Below are positions 46,673-58,112 of a stretch of 64,000 bases of DNA, one piece after another. How positions within the stretch are numbered: the stretch's first letter is position 1; every line of letters begins with the position of its first letter. The DNA comes from a virus, in the IMG/VR virus record IMGVR_UViG_3300014501_000001, positions 49,097 to 113,096 of that record, one strand, 5' to 3'. Under the pieces are notes generated by a model that saw only the letters and a program-made list of their open reading frames with translations, made no database searches and was not told where the DNA came from. Both the position numbers and the translations under genes were made by a program.

Positions 46673-49600
46673 CGGTGCTCCTGATCCGCTTCACGATCAC
46701 GGTGCTGTCGGTGAACGTGAGGAACGCTGTCGCCGTGGCGGCAAGATGACGGCGGCAGGAATCCTGCGCGTCGTACTGGCGCCCCTGGGAGACAAGGAAG
46801 GACGCCTCCGCGCCGCAGCGCTCGGCTCCGTCGATGAGCCATTCGCATGTGCGCTTAGGTGTCATCGGCATCCCCTTCCCCGGTAAGGGCGGCGCTGATA
46901 GCCCGGTACTCCGGGCACGGCCAGCGGTGATTGTCATAGCGGCATGTGAGGCTCCAGTTGGGGCGCCGGGTCGTTGGCTCGTGCGCGGTCAGCGCGGCTT
47001 CCAGCGCGTCCAGGGCCTTCCCCCACCCGCCGAGCAGGACCGGGAGGTCAAACGCCTCTGGCTGCACTATCGCGGCGTCCAGGGTGGCACGGAGGTAGCC
47101 GAGTCTTGCGGCTACCGGGTCTGCGCGCGTCGGCACGGCGTAGCACGGCTGGCCCGGGTCCAGGTCCGCGCAGGACATGCACCCGGGAGACTCTCCCTGA
47201 TGGTCACGGAAATCCCCGCGCAGGCACATCCCGGGAGTGCAGGTGCAGCTCGCGGCTACCGGGCCTGCCGTTGTTCCGTCGTCAGCCACTGACCGGCACC
47301 TTCTGCTTGTCGTACTGGCCGATGCCCCACTGGATAGCGTGGCAGCACCAGAGGAACTGCCAGTCGTAGTCGTGCAGGTCCCACTCCCAGGCGTCGGTGA
47401 AGCGGAACGGCTCGCTGCCGGACCCATCGCCCTCGGGCCGGTACTCGAAGTCCCTGAGCGCTTCCCGCGCGCCTTCCTCGTAGCCGGTGTCCCACTCTTT
47501 GAGGGCACCGAAGATCCGCTCTGCGATGGCGGCGGTCAGGCCCGGCTCATCAGCCTCCGCGTCGGCGGCATACTCGGTGACGAGCTGGCGGAACTTCGCC
47601 GGGCTGTAGCGGGTCGTCTTGCCTGCGCGCACCTTCTCGGCCCAGTACTGCGGGTTGATGCCGTGGCCCCGGAAGAACTCGAACATGTCATCGCAGCGGG
47701 CCAGCGTGAAGCTCCCGCAGTCCCCGTTGACCACCAGCGAGCCAGGCCAGGTGATCAGGTCGAACCAGTAGGCCGAGCGGTCCGGGCGCCGGAACCGCAG
47801 GTGCCGGTACAGGCCGTCGTCGTGCAGGATCGTCATCTGGTGCCCGGCTGTGTCACGCTCGAACCGGGCGGCCATGTCGTCAGCCATCGTCCTTGCTCCC
47901 CTCGGTGCCGCTCTTGACGTGCAGCCCGGAGATGGCGCGCTGGACGTCCTGCAAGGACGCGGTCAGCCCTGCGGCACGCTCGGCTGCCAGCCGCAGGTGC
48001 ATGCTCGCGCCCTCGCAAGCGACCGCCGGGTCGCGCCCGCTGTCATCACCGAGTTTTCCCGTGGCAAGCTGCGCGGCCAGGAACTCCGCAAGCTGGCCGC
48101 AGAGCTGCGGTAGCCGCGAGGTTGCCGAGTAGAGCTCACCGAGCAGCCGGTACGCCTCAGACGGGTAGTCCAGCCCCGGGGCGCTTCCCATCGTGCTGTA
48201 GACCAGGAAGCGCGAGCAGGCGTCGAAGATGGCGGCTACCTCGGCCGTCCGCTCTGGTGAGTGCGGGCCATCGGGGTTCAGGTCGATGTTCACGGGGTCT
48301 CTCCTGCCTGCGCCACGGGGGCGCTCTCAGATCCGGGGCTGCATGTCACGAGCGCGGGGTCCAGGGTCATCCGGTGCCATGAAGGCACCTCGAACGGGGT
48401 CTTTCCGCAGCAGGGAAACAGCCCGTCGCCGCCGTCCGCGAAGGGAACGGGGCAGCGGTGGGTGACGCTGCCGTGCTCTGCGGCCAGGGCGTCAAGGCCG
48501 CGGGTCATCGTTCCCCCCCCCAGGTATGCCCGCGCTACCGCGAGAGCGGCCTGCCTGATGTCAGCGTGGTCGTCGCCTTCCTCGCACTCGCAGGTGGAGG
48601 CGGCATCAAGGAGGTCAGCGACGGCGAGAGCGGTGCCGGGGTGCATGCCAGCGATGTGCTCGGCGTCGGCCCGGTCCCGCTCGATCAGGACCAGTTCGGC
48701 GCTGCCGGGCTCGTCATGGATGCCGGTCGTCACCTGCCCGTAAGTCCTGCTGGCCACGTACCACTCCTCGTGCACGCTGTTGAAGGCGTGCCATTCGCCC
48801 GGCGTTGCCGCCTCGGCGCGCTCTCGCATCAGCTTCGCTGCCTGCCTTAGCTCGGCTGCGGGTGATAGGTCAGCCATCACTTCTCCCCTTGCCGCGCTAG
48901 GCGATCAAGCTCATCGCCCGGCGTATCCGCATGCGCCTCAATCGACGCCCAGCACGCCGGGCAGTAGGTGCACTGCGTGTAGGGATCGAACGCGACCCAG
49001 CCCTCAGGCGTGATGTCCTCGACGGTGCCGGTGCGGAACTGGCCCCAGCCGTGATCCTGGCCGCTGAGGCTCACGAACTCGCGCCGGAGGGGAGCGGTGC
49101 CCTCGGCCTTGGCGAAGCAGCCCCCGCATTCGAGGGTGATGGTTATCGGCATCGCTCAGCCCTCCAACTCGGTCATCTTCGCCAGCACCTTGTCGTAGGC
49201 ATCCACGTAGCCGGCGGCGATGGCCTGCTTGCGGTACTCGCCAGCTTTGCCCTGCGCCGTAATCTCCTTCGCGTAGATCAAGCGGTCACCGTCGATCTCG
49301 GCGCGGAGTGCCTGCCAGCGTCCCTCTGCCGACTGAGGGCATGGCCACGGATCACCGTGGTCGCACCAGGTTCTGCCAGCGTCGCGGACGTGCTCAGCCA
49401 TCGGTCTCAGCCTTCCACGTAGCGGCGGACGGCGGCGTAGGTGCCGGCCGGGATGATCACGTTGTTCTCGTCAGCGAGCAGTACGAGTCGCAGCGGCTCC
49501 GCATCGGTGACGGGGCTGTTCCAGGTGACGAGGCGGAACTCGCCATCCCAGATCACGAGGTCTCCCTCGCGGACCTCGGACCACGGCAGGATCTTGTCGG

Positions 49601-51557
49601 CTACGGCGCTTGGCGGGCAGTCCTTCACGTCGAACTCCCGCCAGCGGGTATCGGTGGCGGTCATGGGGTGGTCTCCGCATCAGGCTTGCGCACGTCGAAG
49701 CGGTGGATCCGGCCGTCAGCCCGGACGGCTAGTTCGTGGCCGGCCGGTCCCGGCGTCCATGCGCTATCGCCCTTGCGGGCCAGCTTGATGGCGTCCTCCA
49801 GATCCCAGTCGGCACCGAGGAAGGCGATAGGCGAGTCCAGCATGCAGTGGACGATCACCCGCTGCTTGCCGAGCGCGGCCTCAACCACCTCGCGCACGTC
49901 CGCCGGGCTCACCATCGTCAGGCCGTGGCCACCCAGCGGCGTCGGTCCCGTCTCGTGATCGGCGCAGAACGAGAGCACGCACTCCACGGCGTTCCGGTAG
50001 TCGTCCTCGCCCGGCTGCTCATGGAACGCGCCGGCAGTCAGCGCGGCTACTGCCTCATCAGCCGTGATGAGTTCTGCGGTGCCCTGCTTCATCGGTCATG
50101 CCTCCGTGTTGTCAGTGAAGGTGCGGGCTACGTCGGCGCTCTTGGTGATCTGCACGAGGCAGTCCCCCGGCTCGTGAGCGCGCGGCGGGACGATGAACCG
50201 GACCCGGAACGCGGCAAGCGTGCTGCTCTCGTCAAGGCGGCAGCAGTAGGCGCCGGGCGGCAGGTCGGCGGGGATCTCGTGCTGGTTGATCACGGTCAGG
50301 CTCACAGGTCAGTCCCCCAGACTGCCGCGTCAACGGCATCAGCAGTGCGCGGGGCAACTTCCCGCAGTGCATCCATCAGGGCGTCCCACCTAGCACTCAG
50401 CCGGGCGCACTCAGTCTCGGCGCTCCCCCACTCAAGGGCGTAGCGGCCCCGGTTCGCCAATGCCCAGCCGCGCTCCGGGGACGCCTCCGGGACGGGCCGG
50501 GTTAGGCGGCGGTCAAGCTCGGTGCGCATCTTGCCTGCACGCCATGCTGCCGCGCGGGCATCACGGCCGAGGGCCAGGGCCTCGTTGGCGCCGGGTACTG
50601 CGCTGGCAACGAGGATCATCGGTCAGCGTCCTTTCCGGGAACGCGGCGCGGGACGACGCGGACGGGCTGGGCGTACCGCGCCGGCATCTGCCAGCCCGAG
50701 CGGGCAAGGTCGCGGTTGTAGCAGGTCACGTAGAAGTGCCCGAACGCGCCGCCGATCCGGTCAGTGAGCCAGATGAAGGCGTGCGCAACGGCGTACGGGA
50801 TGAACAGCACGCAGACCAGCGGGAGCGCGATCAGCACCCGGACGGGGACGCTGAGCCAGACCAGCCGCCAGTGCCGGACGGGCAGTCCGCCGCGAGGCGC
50901 GTAGGCGATTCGGTGCAGCACGCGGGACGGGAGACCGGTCATCGGTCGTACCAGGGCGAGAGCGCGGCGCGAGCGTCATCGAACGCGCGTGATAGATCAT
51001 CGGTCATGTCCGAGCACTCCTTGATGGCTTCCATCGCGGCGACCAGACGGGCAGCCTTGGCCTCAGTGATCTTCTTGCCGCGCGGCTGCCGCGAGTGCGG
51101 GAAGCGCGCGCCGCTGTAGTTGTTGCCGGTTCTCATCGGTCGCTCCCCTATCGCTTGATGGTGATGTCGGCCATGTCGCCGAGCACACTGCGCTTCACGT
51201 CCGAGAGAAGCCAGCTGCGGACGTGATCCACGATGACGCGAGCGGGCGCCTTGGTGCCGGGCATCGCCAGCCCGTACTCCTCGGCGTAGTCCGCTACCTG
51301 CTGGTCGCTCATCTCGATCACGAGCGTGACTGCTATGCGCATCAGGACTCCCTCGCGGGCTTTATCGGCTGCACGTTGGTCAGGTCGGCCGGGTACCACG
51401 CGTCAACGCTGCGCTTGTGTATTCCGCACAGCGGGCGGCGCGCACCCGTGGCCGGGTCGGTCCACTCCCACTTGGCGTTGCGCCCGCAAGTGGACGGCCC
51501 GCTGTAGGCGGTTCCGGTGGCATGATCGCACTTCATCAGGCATTCACCTTCTCCGTG

Positions 51558-51639
51558 TGTCTCGACATTCTGTCTAGACACAGGCTAGCGGTACTAGCTG
51601 CCGCGCGCAAGCTTGCGATACCATCGGTGTGTCTAGACA
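51558..51639. promoter_or_regulatory. Divergent control region with three TGTCT(A/C)GACA palindromes
   Basis: Copies at 51558-51567, 51571-51580 and 51630-51639. Confidence 0.7.
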
Positions 51640-51655
51640 ACGAAAGGGGGAGCCA

Positions 51656-51838
51656 GTGACCCCGATGCGCGGCACCAAGCGCGAGGCGATCCGCGTTGAG
51701 CCTGAGCTGTGGCGTGAGTACGGACTCGCCTGCGTGGCCGACAGCACCAACAGGTCGGCCGATCTTCGGGCGCATATGCAGCGCCGCGTCCGCAGGTGGA
51801 AACGAGCTGAGCGAAGCGCGGCCCGAGCCGCCGGTTAA
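51656..51838 (+). CDS. Ribbon-helix-helix DNA-binding protein
   Basis: TKREAIRVEPELWREY...NRSADLRAHM; RBS AAAGGGGGAG. Confidence 0.75.
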   Translation: MTPMRGTKREAIRVEPELWREYGLACVADSTNRSADLRAHMQRRVRRWKRAERSAARAAG

Positions 51839-51971
51839 CTCCCCGCACGCGCCAGGGCCGGCCAACTTCTCACGGCAGACCGGCCCCGGCGCTTCTCCCA
51901 GTGATAGGAGATCCGTCAGTATGCCATGCGGACATTTTAGGTCACTCTGCGAACATGCAGGCTGACTAAGG

Positions 51972-52421
51972 GTGAGCTGCCCGCTGGGCTTCACGCTCAC
52001 CCAGTGCATAGAGGACCACTGGTGCCGCGCCCTGCACGGGGAGCGCGTCGGTGCGCACTGGCGTGCCCGGTGCCCGGCGTGCCTGAAAGACGATGCGTTC
52101 GAGATCAGCATTACCGGCACCGGGGCCAATGCCCGGCTGAAATGGAACTGCCACACGAAGCCAGCATGTGACCATGACCGAATCCGCGTCCTGCTCGCCA
52201 AGGCGCTGCCCTGCAAGATGGCGGCGCGCGGGCCGAAACCTGACGCGCTGGCGGCCGAGATCGGCAAGCTCATCTGCTCGGGCATGGACCCCTCCGAGAT
52301 GAGGCTGCGGATCGGGCAGGCCATCTGGCCGGAACGATCGGCCGCGCAGGTCGCCGATGAGCTTGGCCTGTCGCGCGCCACCCGCTACCGCCTGCACTGC
52401 CCGCCATCGGTCGGCCGTTGA
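51972..52421 (+). CDS. Protein with primase-type Zn-binding domain and C-terminal HTH
   Basis: WRARCPAC...WNCH...C; SAAQVADELGLSRATRYRL. Confidence 0.7.
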   Translation: MSCPLGFTLTQCIEDHWCRALHGERVGAHWRARCPACLKDDAFEISITGTGANARLKWNCHTKPACDHDRIRVLLAKALPCKMAARGPKPDALAAEIGKLICSGMDPSEMRLRIGQAIWPERSAAQVADELGLSRATRYRLHCPPSVGR

Positions 52422-52491
52422 CCCGTTCATACGTTCGCCGGCCTGCGCCGGTTACGCTAGCACGAGAAGTCAAGTCCGCTGATTCGGTGCC

Positions 52492-52589
52492 TGACCTGCG
52501 GTTTCGTCTCACGCAGAGACGCCTTCCCAGTCTCACGGTGAGACGCCGCCGATGCGGTGCCGACCTGCGCGTTTGTCTCACGGTGAGAT
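52492..52589. repeat. Three GTCTCACGGTGAGAC-type palindromes, two preceded by GACCTGCG
   Basis: Copies at 52506-52520, 52530-52544 and 52575-52589, in non-coding DNA. Confidence 0.85.
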
Positions 52590-52600
52590 TCACGGCCACG

Positions 52601-53140
52601 CTAGCTCGCCTCCAGCCCGAACAGGGTCATCTCGTCGCAGGGAATCCCGTCCCTCGTAATCGCCGAGCACACCGGGGGACCACTGGAGCCGGGCCGGAAC
52701 ACCGCGACGACGGACGGGAACGGGGCGTTGTGAGCGCCGCTGGCCGCCCTCCGCTCCTCCTGCCGCACCCCGCCGAAGCTGAGCCGGCCGCGGATGAACC
52801 GGACCTCGGCGGCGCGCATCACGTGGTCATGCCACCAGCCAGTATCGGTGCGGGCGGGCAGGAGGCAGACGACGACGGAACGGCGGCTCTCCCGCTGCGC
52901 CTTCGCCACCCACTTGCCGATTTCGACCCCATACGGGGGATTCATCCAGCAGCTTCCCGGCCAGTCCTGCGCTAGCCCGTCCTGCGCGCGGGTGTAGTAC
53001 CGGGCGCACTTCGCGTTCACGTCGCTGGCGCAGACGTCGAGGGTGAAATGAAACTCGGCGTCGAGGGCTGCGAACAGGCGAGGCGGCGTCGGCCACTCGT
53101 CCGTGGTGGAGGCGAACATGCCGGGGTTAGGCGCTCCCAT
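52601..53140 (-). CDS. Phage N6-adenine DNA methyltransferase (Dam-like)
   Basis: DEWPTP, FTLDVCA, DGLAQDW, WMNPPYG, LLPARTDTGWW, FIRGRLSF. Confidence 0.93.
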   Translation of the reverse strand: MGAPNPGMFASTTDEWPTPPRLFAALDAEFHFTLDVCASDVNAKCARYYTRAQDGLAQDWPGSCWMNPPYGVEIGKWVAKAQRESRRSVVVCLLPARTDTGWWHDHVMRAAEVRFIRGRLSFGGVRQEERRAASGAHNAPFPSVVAVFRPGSSGPPVCSAITRDGIPCDEMTLFGLEAS

Positions 53141-56100
53141 CACGCACCCCCCGGCGCATCCGTAGCGGATCCATCTGGCTCCGGGGTGTCCGAGCGCATT
53201 CCTCGACCAGGGCTGCCGCCATTTCCCCTGCTGCCGCTCTCACGGCATCAACGAGGGCGCAGTCAAACTCGCTGGCCTGATCCTGGGTGACTGCTCCTGA
53301 CTGGGCTGCCTGGCGGTGAGCACGGCCCCGCTGGCGGATTGCCTGCCAGGCGGCGGCCTCGAAGCGCTCAGCGGGTGTCAGGGAATCTGCGACGGGATGA
53401 GGGGCGGTCATTGCGCACCGTCCAGGGTTGCCTGCACTGGCTTGCCCGCGGCCTTAACGTCGATCGCCTCGGCCTCATCGGCGACGGACAAGAGCGCGGC
53501 AGCCAGCACGCGAGCCTGCGCCGGGGTGTGGCCGTATGTCCCTCGGGGCCAGTAGACGATGACCTTCGTCTCGCCCGTGGTCATGGTGACGGCCTTGACG
53601 TCGCCCATTCCGGGCACGCGGGCGCTCACCGGGCATCCGCTCCCTGCTCTGCCGCAATCTGCTGCCTTGCGTAGTCAGTGATGTCCGCAGTAGCCCTAGC
53701 GAGTGCTTCCGGTGACCCGCCGCGCTTAGCCGCCTCGATCCACGCGGACCGCAGCGGCCACGGCAGCAGCCTCCAGTGCCCGTCGTCCATGATGTGGCGG
53801 CGGTCCACCTCGGTGCCGCAGCCCGGCCAGAGGCAGAGACGGGCGGCGGGACGGCGGGGCTTCTTACGCGGGGTCACGCGGCCACCTGCTCTCGCTGCTG
53901 CCGTCTCCTGAGTTCCGCCGCGTACTTCCCGGCTGTCCGCATCGTGACCCCGACCCTCCTGGCCGCCTCCTCAAGCGGGCGTCCACAGGACAGGAGTTCG
54001 GCAAGGTCTTCCATCCGGGCTTCCTTGGCGGACTGGCGCCGCTCGTTCAGGCGCCGGGCACCGTCCAGGTCGCGCAGCTCGGTCTCGTACTTGCCGGCGG
54101 TCACCAGGGATACGCCCACCCGCTCCGCTGCCTCGGCGATGCTTTTCCCCCAGGACCGGAGTTCCGCGAAGTCCTCAACGCGGCCCGCGCGTTCCTCCAG
54201 CCGTTTCGCGTTCGCCGCCGCCGCGCGGTCCCCGCAGGGCCTCGGGTCCGGCGGCCCGCTGCCGGGCTTCCCGGCCCGATACCAGCGGTCCCAGCACGGC
54301 CGGCAGTAGCCCGCGGCGCCGTCGTAGCCTCCCGTGTGACGCCTCGGCTGCCGGACTGCCCTGCACTTCGGGTTACGGCAGCGAGGGGGGATCTCGGTGA
54401 GGACTTCGGGGGCGCTCATTCCGGGCCCGCTTCCATGCAGTCCGCGGCCCCAGGATCGCGCAGGAGGCTCGCGGCGTCCCGAGCGTCACCGGACTGCGCA
54501 CTAGGGGCTACGGCGCTCCCAGGCTTGCCGTGGGCGCGCTCGCGGGCCAGGTTTGCGGCGCGGCTGAAAGCCTGCCCGACCCCGCCGCCCTCGTAGCCTG
54601 CGGGGTGGCGGGACTCGGCTTCAAGCTCAGCAGCAAGGGAGAGCAGGACAGCGGTCGCGTAGGCATCCCCGGCCCTGTCGATCGCGGCGAAGCTCTGCCC
54701 GGGGTAGGTGGCTGCCTCGCGGACAGCGGCGCGGAAATCCTCGCGGGGACTGCGGGCGGCTACCACGGTCCTTCCCCGTCCCAGCCGTCACGGTCCCCGA
54801 ATCCGTCATGGACGTCGTGAGCGGCACCAGCGGGAAGCGCGCGGCGGGTCTCAGCGGCAGCGTCAGGGCGCTTGAGCGGCGTCGCCAGCGGCACGAACCG
54901 GTACAGCGAGTGACCCGGCACTTCCGCGATCACGAAGCCGTCCCAGTCCCGCACGACCATGACCGGCTGCCCTGCCCTAGTGCTCTCGGTCACCCAACCC
55001 GTGTGCTCGTCGTGGCCCATGATCTCGACGCGGGCGTACTCGCCGCCTGGTAGCGGCGGCTCCCCGACTGCCGGCAGCATCGCCTCGCTGGCCTCAGCCA
55101 GGGTTTGCGCCGGCCCGTCATCCCCGGCGATCAGCTTGAGCAGGAACTGCACGGCCATCGTCACCGTGCAGTGCTGCAACTGGCCGGCGGTGCACGGCTC
55201 CCCGACTGCTGGTGAGTGCATGTGCTCTCGCGCACAGTCGGCCACTGCGGCGACGATGGCCCGGACTCGCCCGATGGTGCCGAGGTTCTCCAGCCACGGG
55301 GGCCAGGGGAGGTCGTCTTGCGGTTCTGCTGCCGGGATACCCAGGTCTAGCTCAGGTCCGGGCTCGGGTGCGAAGCCCTCGGTCTCATCAGGCATGGGGG
55401 ATCACCCCGTCCGCGTCATCGAGCGGGTAGTCGTCCGGGTCCGGCAGGAGGTCCGTCACGGCGGCTGCGAGGGGCTCCAGCGCCTTGTACGCGGCCTCCA
55501 GCGCGGTCCACGCGGCGGTCAGCGCTTCGTCGCCCTCGGGCATCTGCTCTGCCTTGATGCCGTAGTCGAGGGCCTCCATGAGGCCCCCTTCCCACTCGAT
55601 CTTGCCGGCCAGGGCGGAGCGGCTCTCGTAGCGGTCGGTCATCGCGTGAACCTCCGCGTCTTGCCGCCGCGAGTGCTCACCAGCGCCGCGAGCAGGATCA
55701 CGAGCAGCACCAGCACGGCGAACGCCGCGCCGATCCACAGCGGCGACAAGACCCACCACCAACTCCACGTGATCTTGTGCAGGAGCTTGAGCGTGATGAA
55801 CACGATGGCCAGGAGTCCGGCGAAGCCGATTCCCCCGGAACTGCTGCTACTCGAATTGCCGTTACTCATCGGTGATTTCCTTCCGTTTCAGTCGGGTAGA
55901 TCAGGTCAGGCGGTCCTGGCTGCAAGATCTGGTCCCCAGCAGCCAGGGGCATGGTCGGGAATCTCGTAGCCGCAGCCGTAGCAGAGCTTCCGGGGATGGG
56001 CGCCGAGCATGGCCACGGCCAGGACGTGAACGGCCTGGCGCAGCAATGCCTCCTGCCGGCTGCGCTCGTCGGCGATCCTGCGGGCACGGAACTCGGCGAT

Positions 56101-56487
56101 GGCGGCGGCGTGCTCACGCTCGGCCTCGATCTGCGCCACCCTGGCGGCGAGTGCGGGAGTCATGCCGCATCGCTCCCCTCGGCGCTGCGGGTAGCCCGCT
56201 GGCGCTCTAGTTCGGCACGGGCTGCGGCGTACTCCGGGTTGTGCTCGGCGGGCACGCTGGACGGGCGGGCGTGCTGGTACTCGCGGACCATCTCGCGGGG
56301 ATGCGATGCCGGGTCGAGCATCAGGCGAGGCAGCGCAAGCAGGACTTGCTCCCATGTCATCCCGTCCTGCGCTGCGGCGGCGATGGCTCCGGACACGTGA
56401 TGCTCTGGCCAGTCCGGGCGCACCGCGATGGCCAGGGCGATCAGCTCGGCGGTGGCGCGGTGGACGGTGGTCTCACCGGAGGTCATG
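53140..56487 (-). other. Array of about ten small early genes, including a double-HTH protein (53874-54419) and a membrane protein (55639-55869)
   Basis: Coupled ORFs; duplicated EDFAELRSWG/EDLAELLSCG HTH; SWWWVLSPLWI. Confidence 0.75.
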
Positions 56488-57505
56488 ACGCCTCCTTCAG
56501 CGGATGGCAGGCAGGGCAGCGGCCCGGCGGGTCGGTGATGGTCAGCCGGGTTTGCTCGTCGCACTCGCGGCACCAGTCCGGCTTGGGGGCCGGCGCCAGG
56601 GCGGTCCGGGAACGCCACCACGGGCCGTCGCCAGTGAGTCGGCCGGGGTGTTCCGACGCGGGATCACGGGCAACGGCCAGCACGGCTGACCGCACCAGCC
56701 CGGCGGGCCGCTCGGCGACACGCTCGTCAGCGAGTGCCCGCCGGATTGATGCGCTGGCCCAGTCGGGGCGTATCTCGCGGACTTCGGCGATGAGTGAATC
56801 AAGATCCACCTCCTCCGCTGTGGCGCCAGCCGGATCAGCGGCAAGCGATTCTGGTGGCGGCGAGCCGGCGTCTGGCACGGGGGAGGGGGTTAGGGGCAAG
56901 GGGATAGGGGCCCTCGTTGTACTACTACCGTTACGGGCCCCTTTCCCCTGGGGGCTATCGGGGTGACTACCGGCATCGGTACCGGCTTGCGTATCCGGCT
57001 GCCTATCCGAATTGGTACCGGGATGCCTACCGGATAGGGTATCTAGCTGGCATTCCATGTGCCTGAGAAGATCATCTAGCGGACCCAGGATGGCCTTGTT
57101 TACCTCTCCCTCGCCGCGGGTCCTGACAAGCTCGCACAGCAGGGCGGCGCGGATGTGCACAGAGTCGATCTGCCCGATTGATGCGGTGAGCGGGAGCCAC
57201 ATCTTCGGCTGCCGCAGGATCTTGTCGCGGCGCACTAGCGACCGCGCCAACAGTTCCCCGGACTCGTGGTCGGTGACGGTCCAGCCGACCGCCTCCAGCT
57301 CCTTCAGTGCCGCGCAGACCTCATCGAGCGATTGCCGGGACTTCCTGGCCCACCGTGCCGGCCGCAGTGCGATAACGCCGCAGTGGCTCATGTCCGGCTG
57401 GGTCAGCAGCACGACGTAGTACATGTGCCGGGCGGCGACGGACAGGCTGAGGCAGTCCTCGTCATCCCAGATGGACGCGAAGATCCGGGCCTCGCTACGG
57501 GGCAT
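56483..57505 (-). CDS. Phage replication initiator
   Basis: ARIFASIWDDED..SLS..AR..Y N-terminus, repeat-containing linker, and C-terminal WCRECD...RCPACHP. Confidence 0.8.
   Translation of the reverse strand: MPRSEARIFASIWDDEDCLSLSVAARHMYYVVLLTQPDMSHCGVIALRPARWARKSRQSLDEVCAALKELEAVGWTVTDHESGELLARSLVRRDKILRQPKMWLPLTASIGQIDSVHIRAALLCELVRTRGEGEVNKAILGPLDDLLRHMECQLDTLSGRHPGTNSDRQPDTQAGTDAGSHPDSPQGKGARNGSSTTRAPIPLPLTPSPVPDAGSPPPESLAADPAGATAEEVDLDSLIAEVREIRPDWASASIRRALADERVAERPAGLVRSAVLAVARDPASEHPGRLTGDGPWWRSRTALAPAPKPDWCRECDEQTRLTITDPPGRCPACHPLKEAS
56952..57047. repeat. Eight degenerate 12-bp iteron-like units (candidate origin)
   Basis: Units of form NNNNTA(C/T)C at 56952, 56964, 56976, 56988, 57000, 57012, 57024 and 57036. 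Confidence 0.7.
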
Positions 57506-58112
57506 CAGCCCTCCCCTTGTCCTCGGGCTCGCTGAGCAACTCGGCAAGGCGCGTCAGTGCTTCGCGTGGCATCCACTTGCGCAGCGCCTTATTGACACGC
57601 TCGGGTGTTGTGATCTGAACTCGCGGCGGCTTCCAGCCCTTGGTTCGGGATGCGGCGTAGGCGGACACTTCGCCGCGGACCACCTTGTCGGCCAACTCGG
57701 GGTCACTCTTCTTGAGCCGCCGCACCGTGCGCTCGGCCGTCTCCGACTGGGGAGGTTTCAAAAGCGTGGTACGCTTTTGAAACTCAAGAGAGCGACGATC
57801 GCCCCCCTTCTCGGCTGCGGCAGGGTCCTCCTCAAAGAGCAGTTTTCGAGCAAGCGACTCAACGTCTGCGAGCCTGGCAGCGTCAAGCAGCTTGCTGGTG
57901 GTCATCCCCAGGCCAACCGGTTCGGGTGCCTCTATGAAGGCTCTGAAACTCGGGAAGCCCTCCGCTATCCAGGCGCGCTCTTGAAACGTCTTGCGCAGCA
58001 GAAGCGCGAACGACTTCGGATTCGCGCCATCGGTGTGCGCGGCAACCCTCAGCCTGTTCAGGAGCAGCCGGGTATCGGCAAGTTCCATTGCTTCCCGCCG
58101 CACGGCGGTCAC
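57495..58112 (-). CDS. Hypothetical DNA-binding protein
   Basis: KGGDRRS and RRLKKSDPELADKVVRGEVSAYAA; coupled to the helicase gene. Confidence 0.7.
   Translation of the reverse strand: MTAVRREAMELADTRLLLNRLRVAAHTDGANPKSFALLLRKTFQERAWIAEGFPSFRAFIEAPEPVGLGMTTSKLLDAARLADVESLARKLLFEEDPAAAEKGGDRRSLEFQKRTTLLKPPQSETAERTVRRLKKSDPELADKVVRGEVSAYAASRTKGWKPPRVQITTPERVNKALRKWMPREALTRLAELLSEPEDKGRADAP

Larger units (their letters stand above)
42800..51537 (-). other. Array of about 25 small overlapping early genes, mostly hypothetical
   Basis: Chain of coupled ORFs, e.g. 42988-43380, 43373-43888, 44553-45029, 45029-45358, 45348-45767, 45757-46311, 47282-47887, 47880-48293, 48877-49152, 49661-50092. Confidence 0.8.

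Noticed and set aside
16063-48526. Quadruplet decoding of UACC, since TACC lies near all four +1 breaks
   Set aside because: In-frame TAC-C is common in intact genes here, including capsid exon 2, so coincidence is likely.
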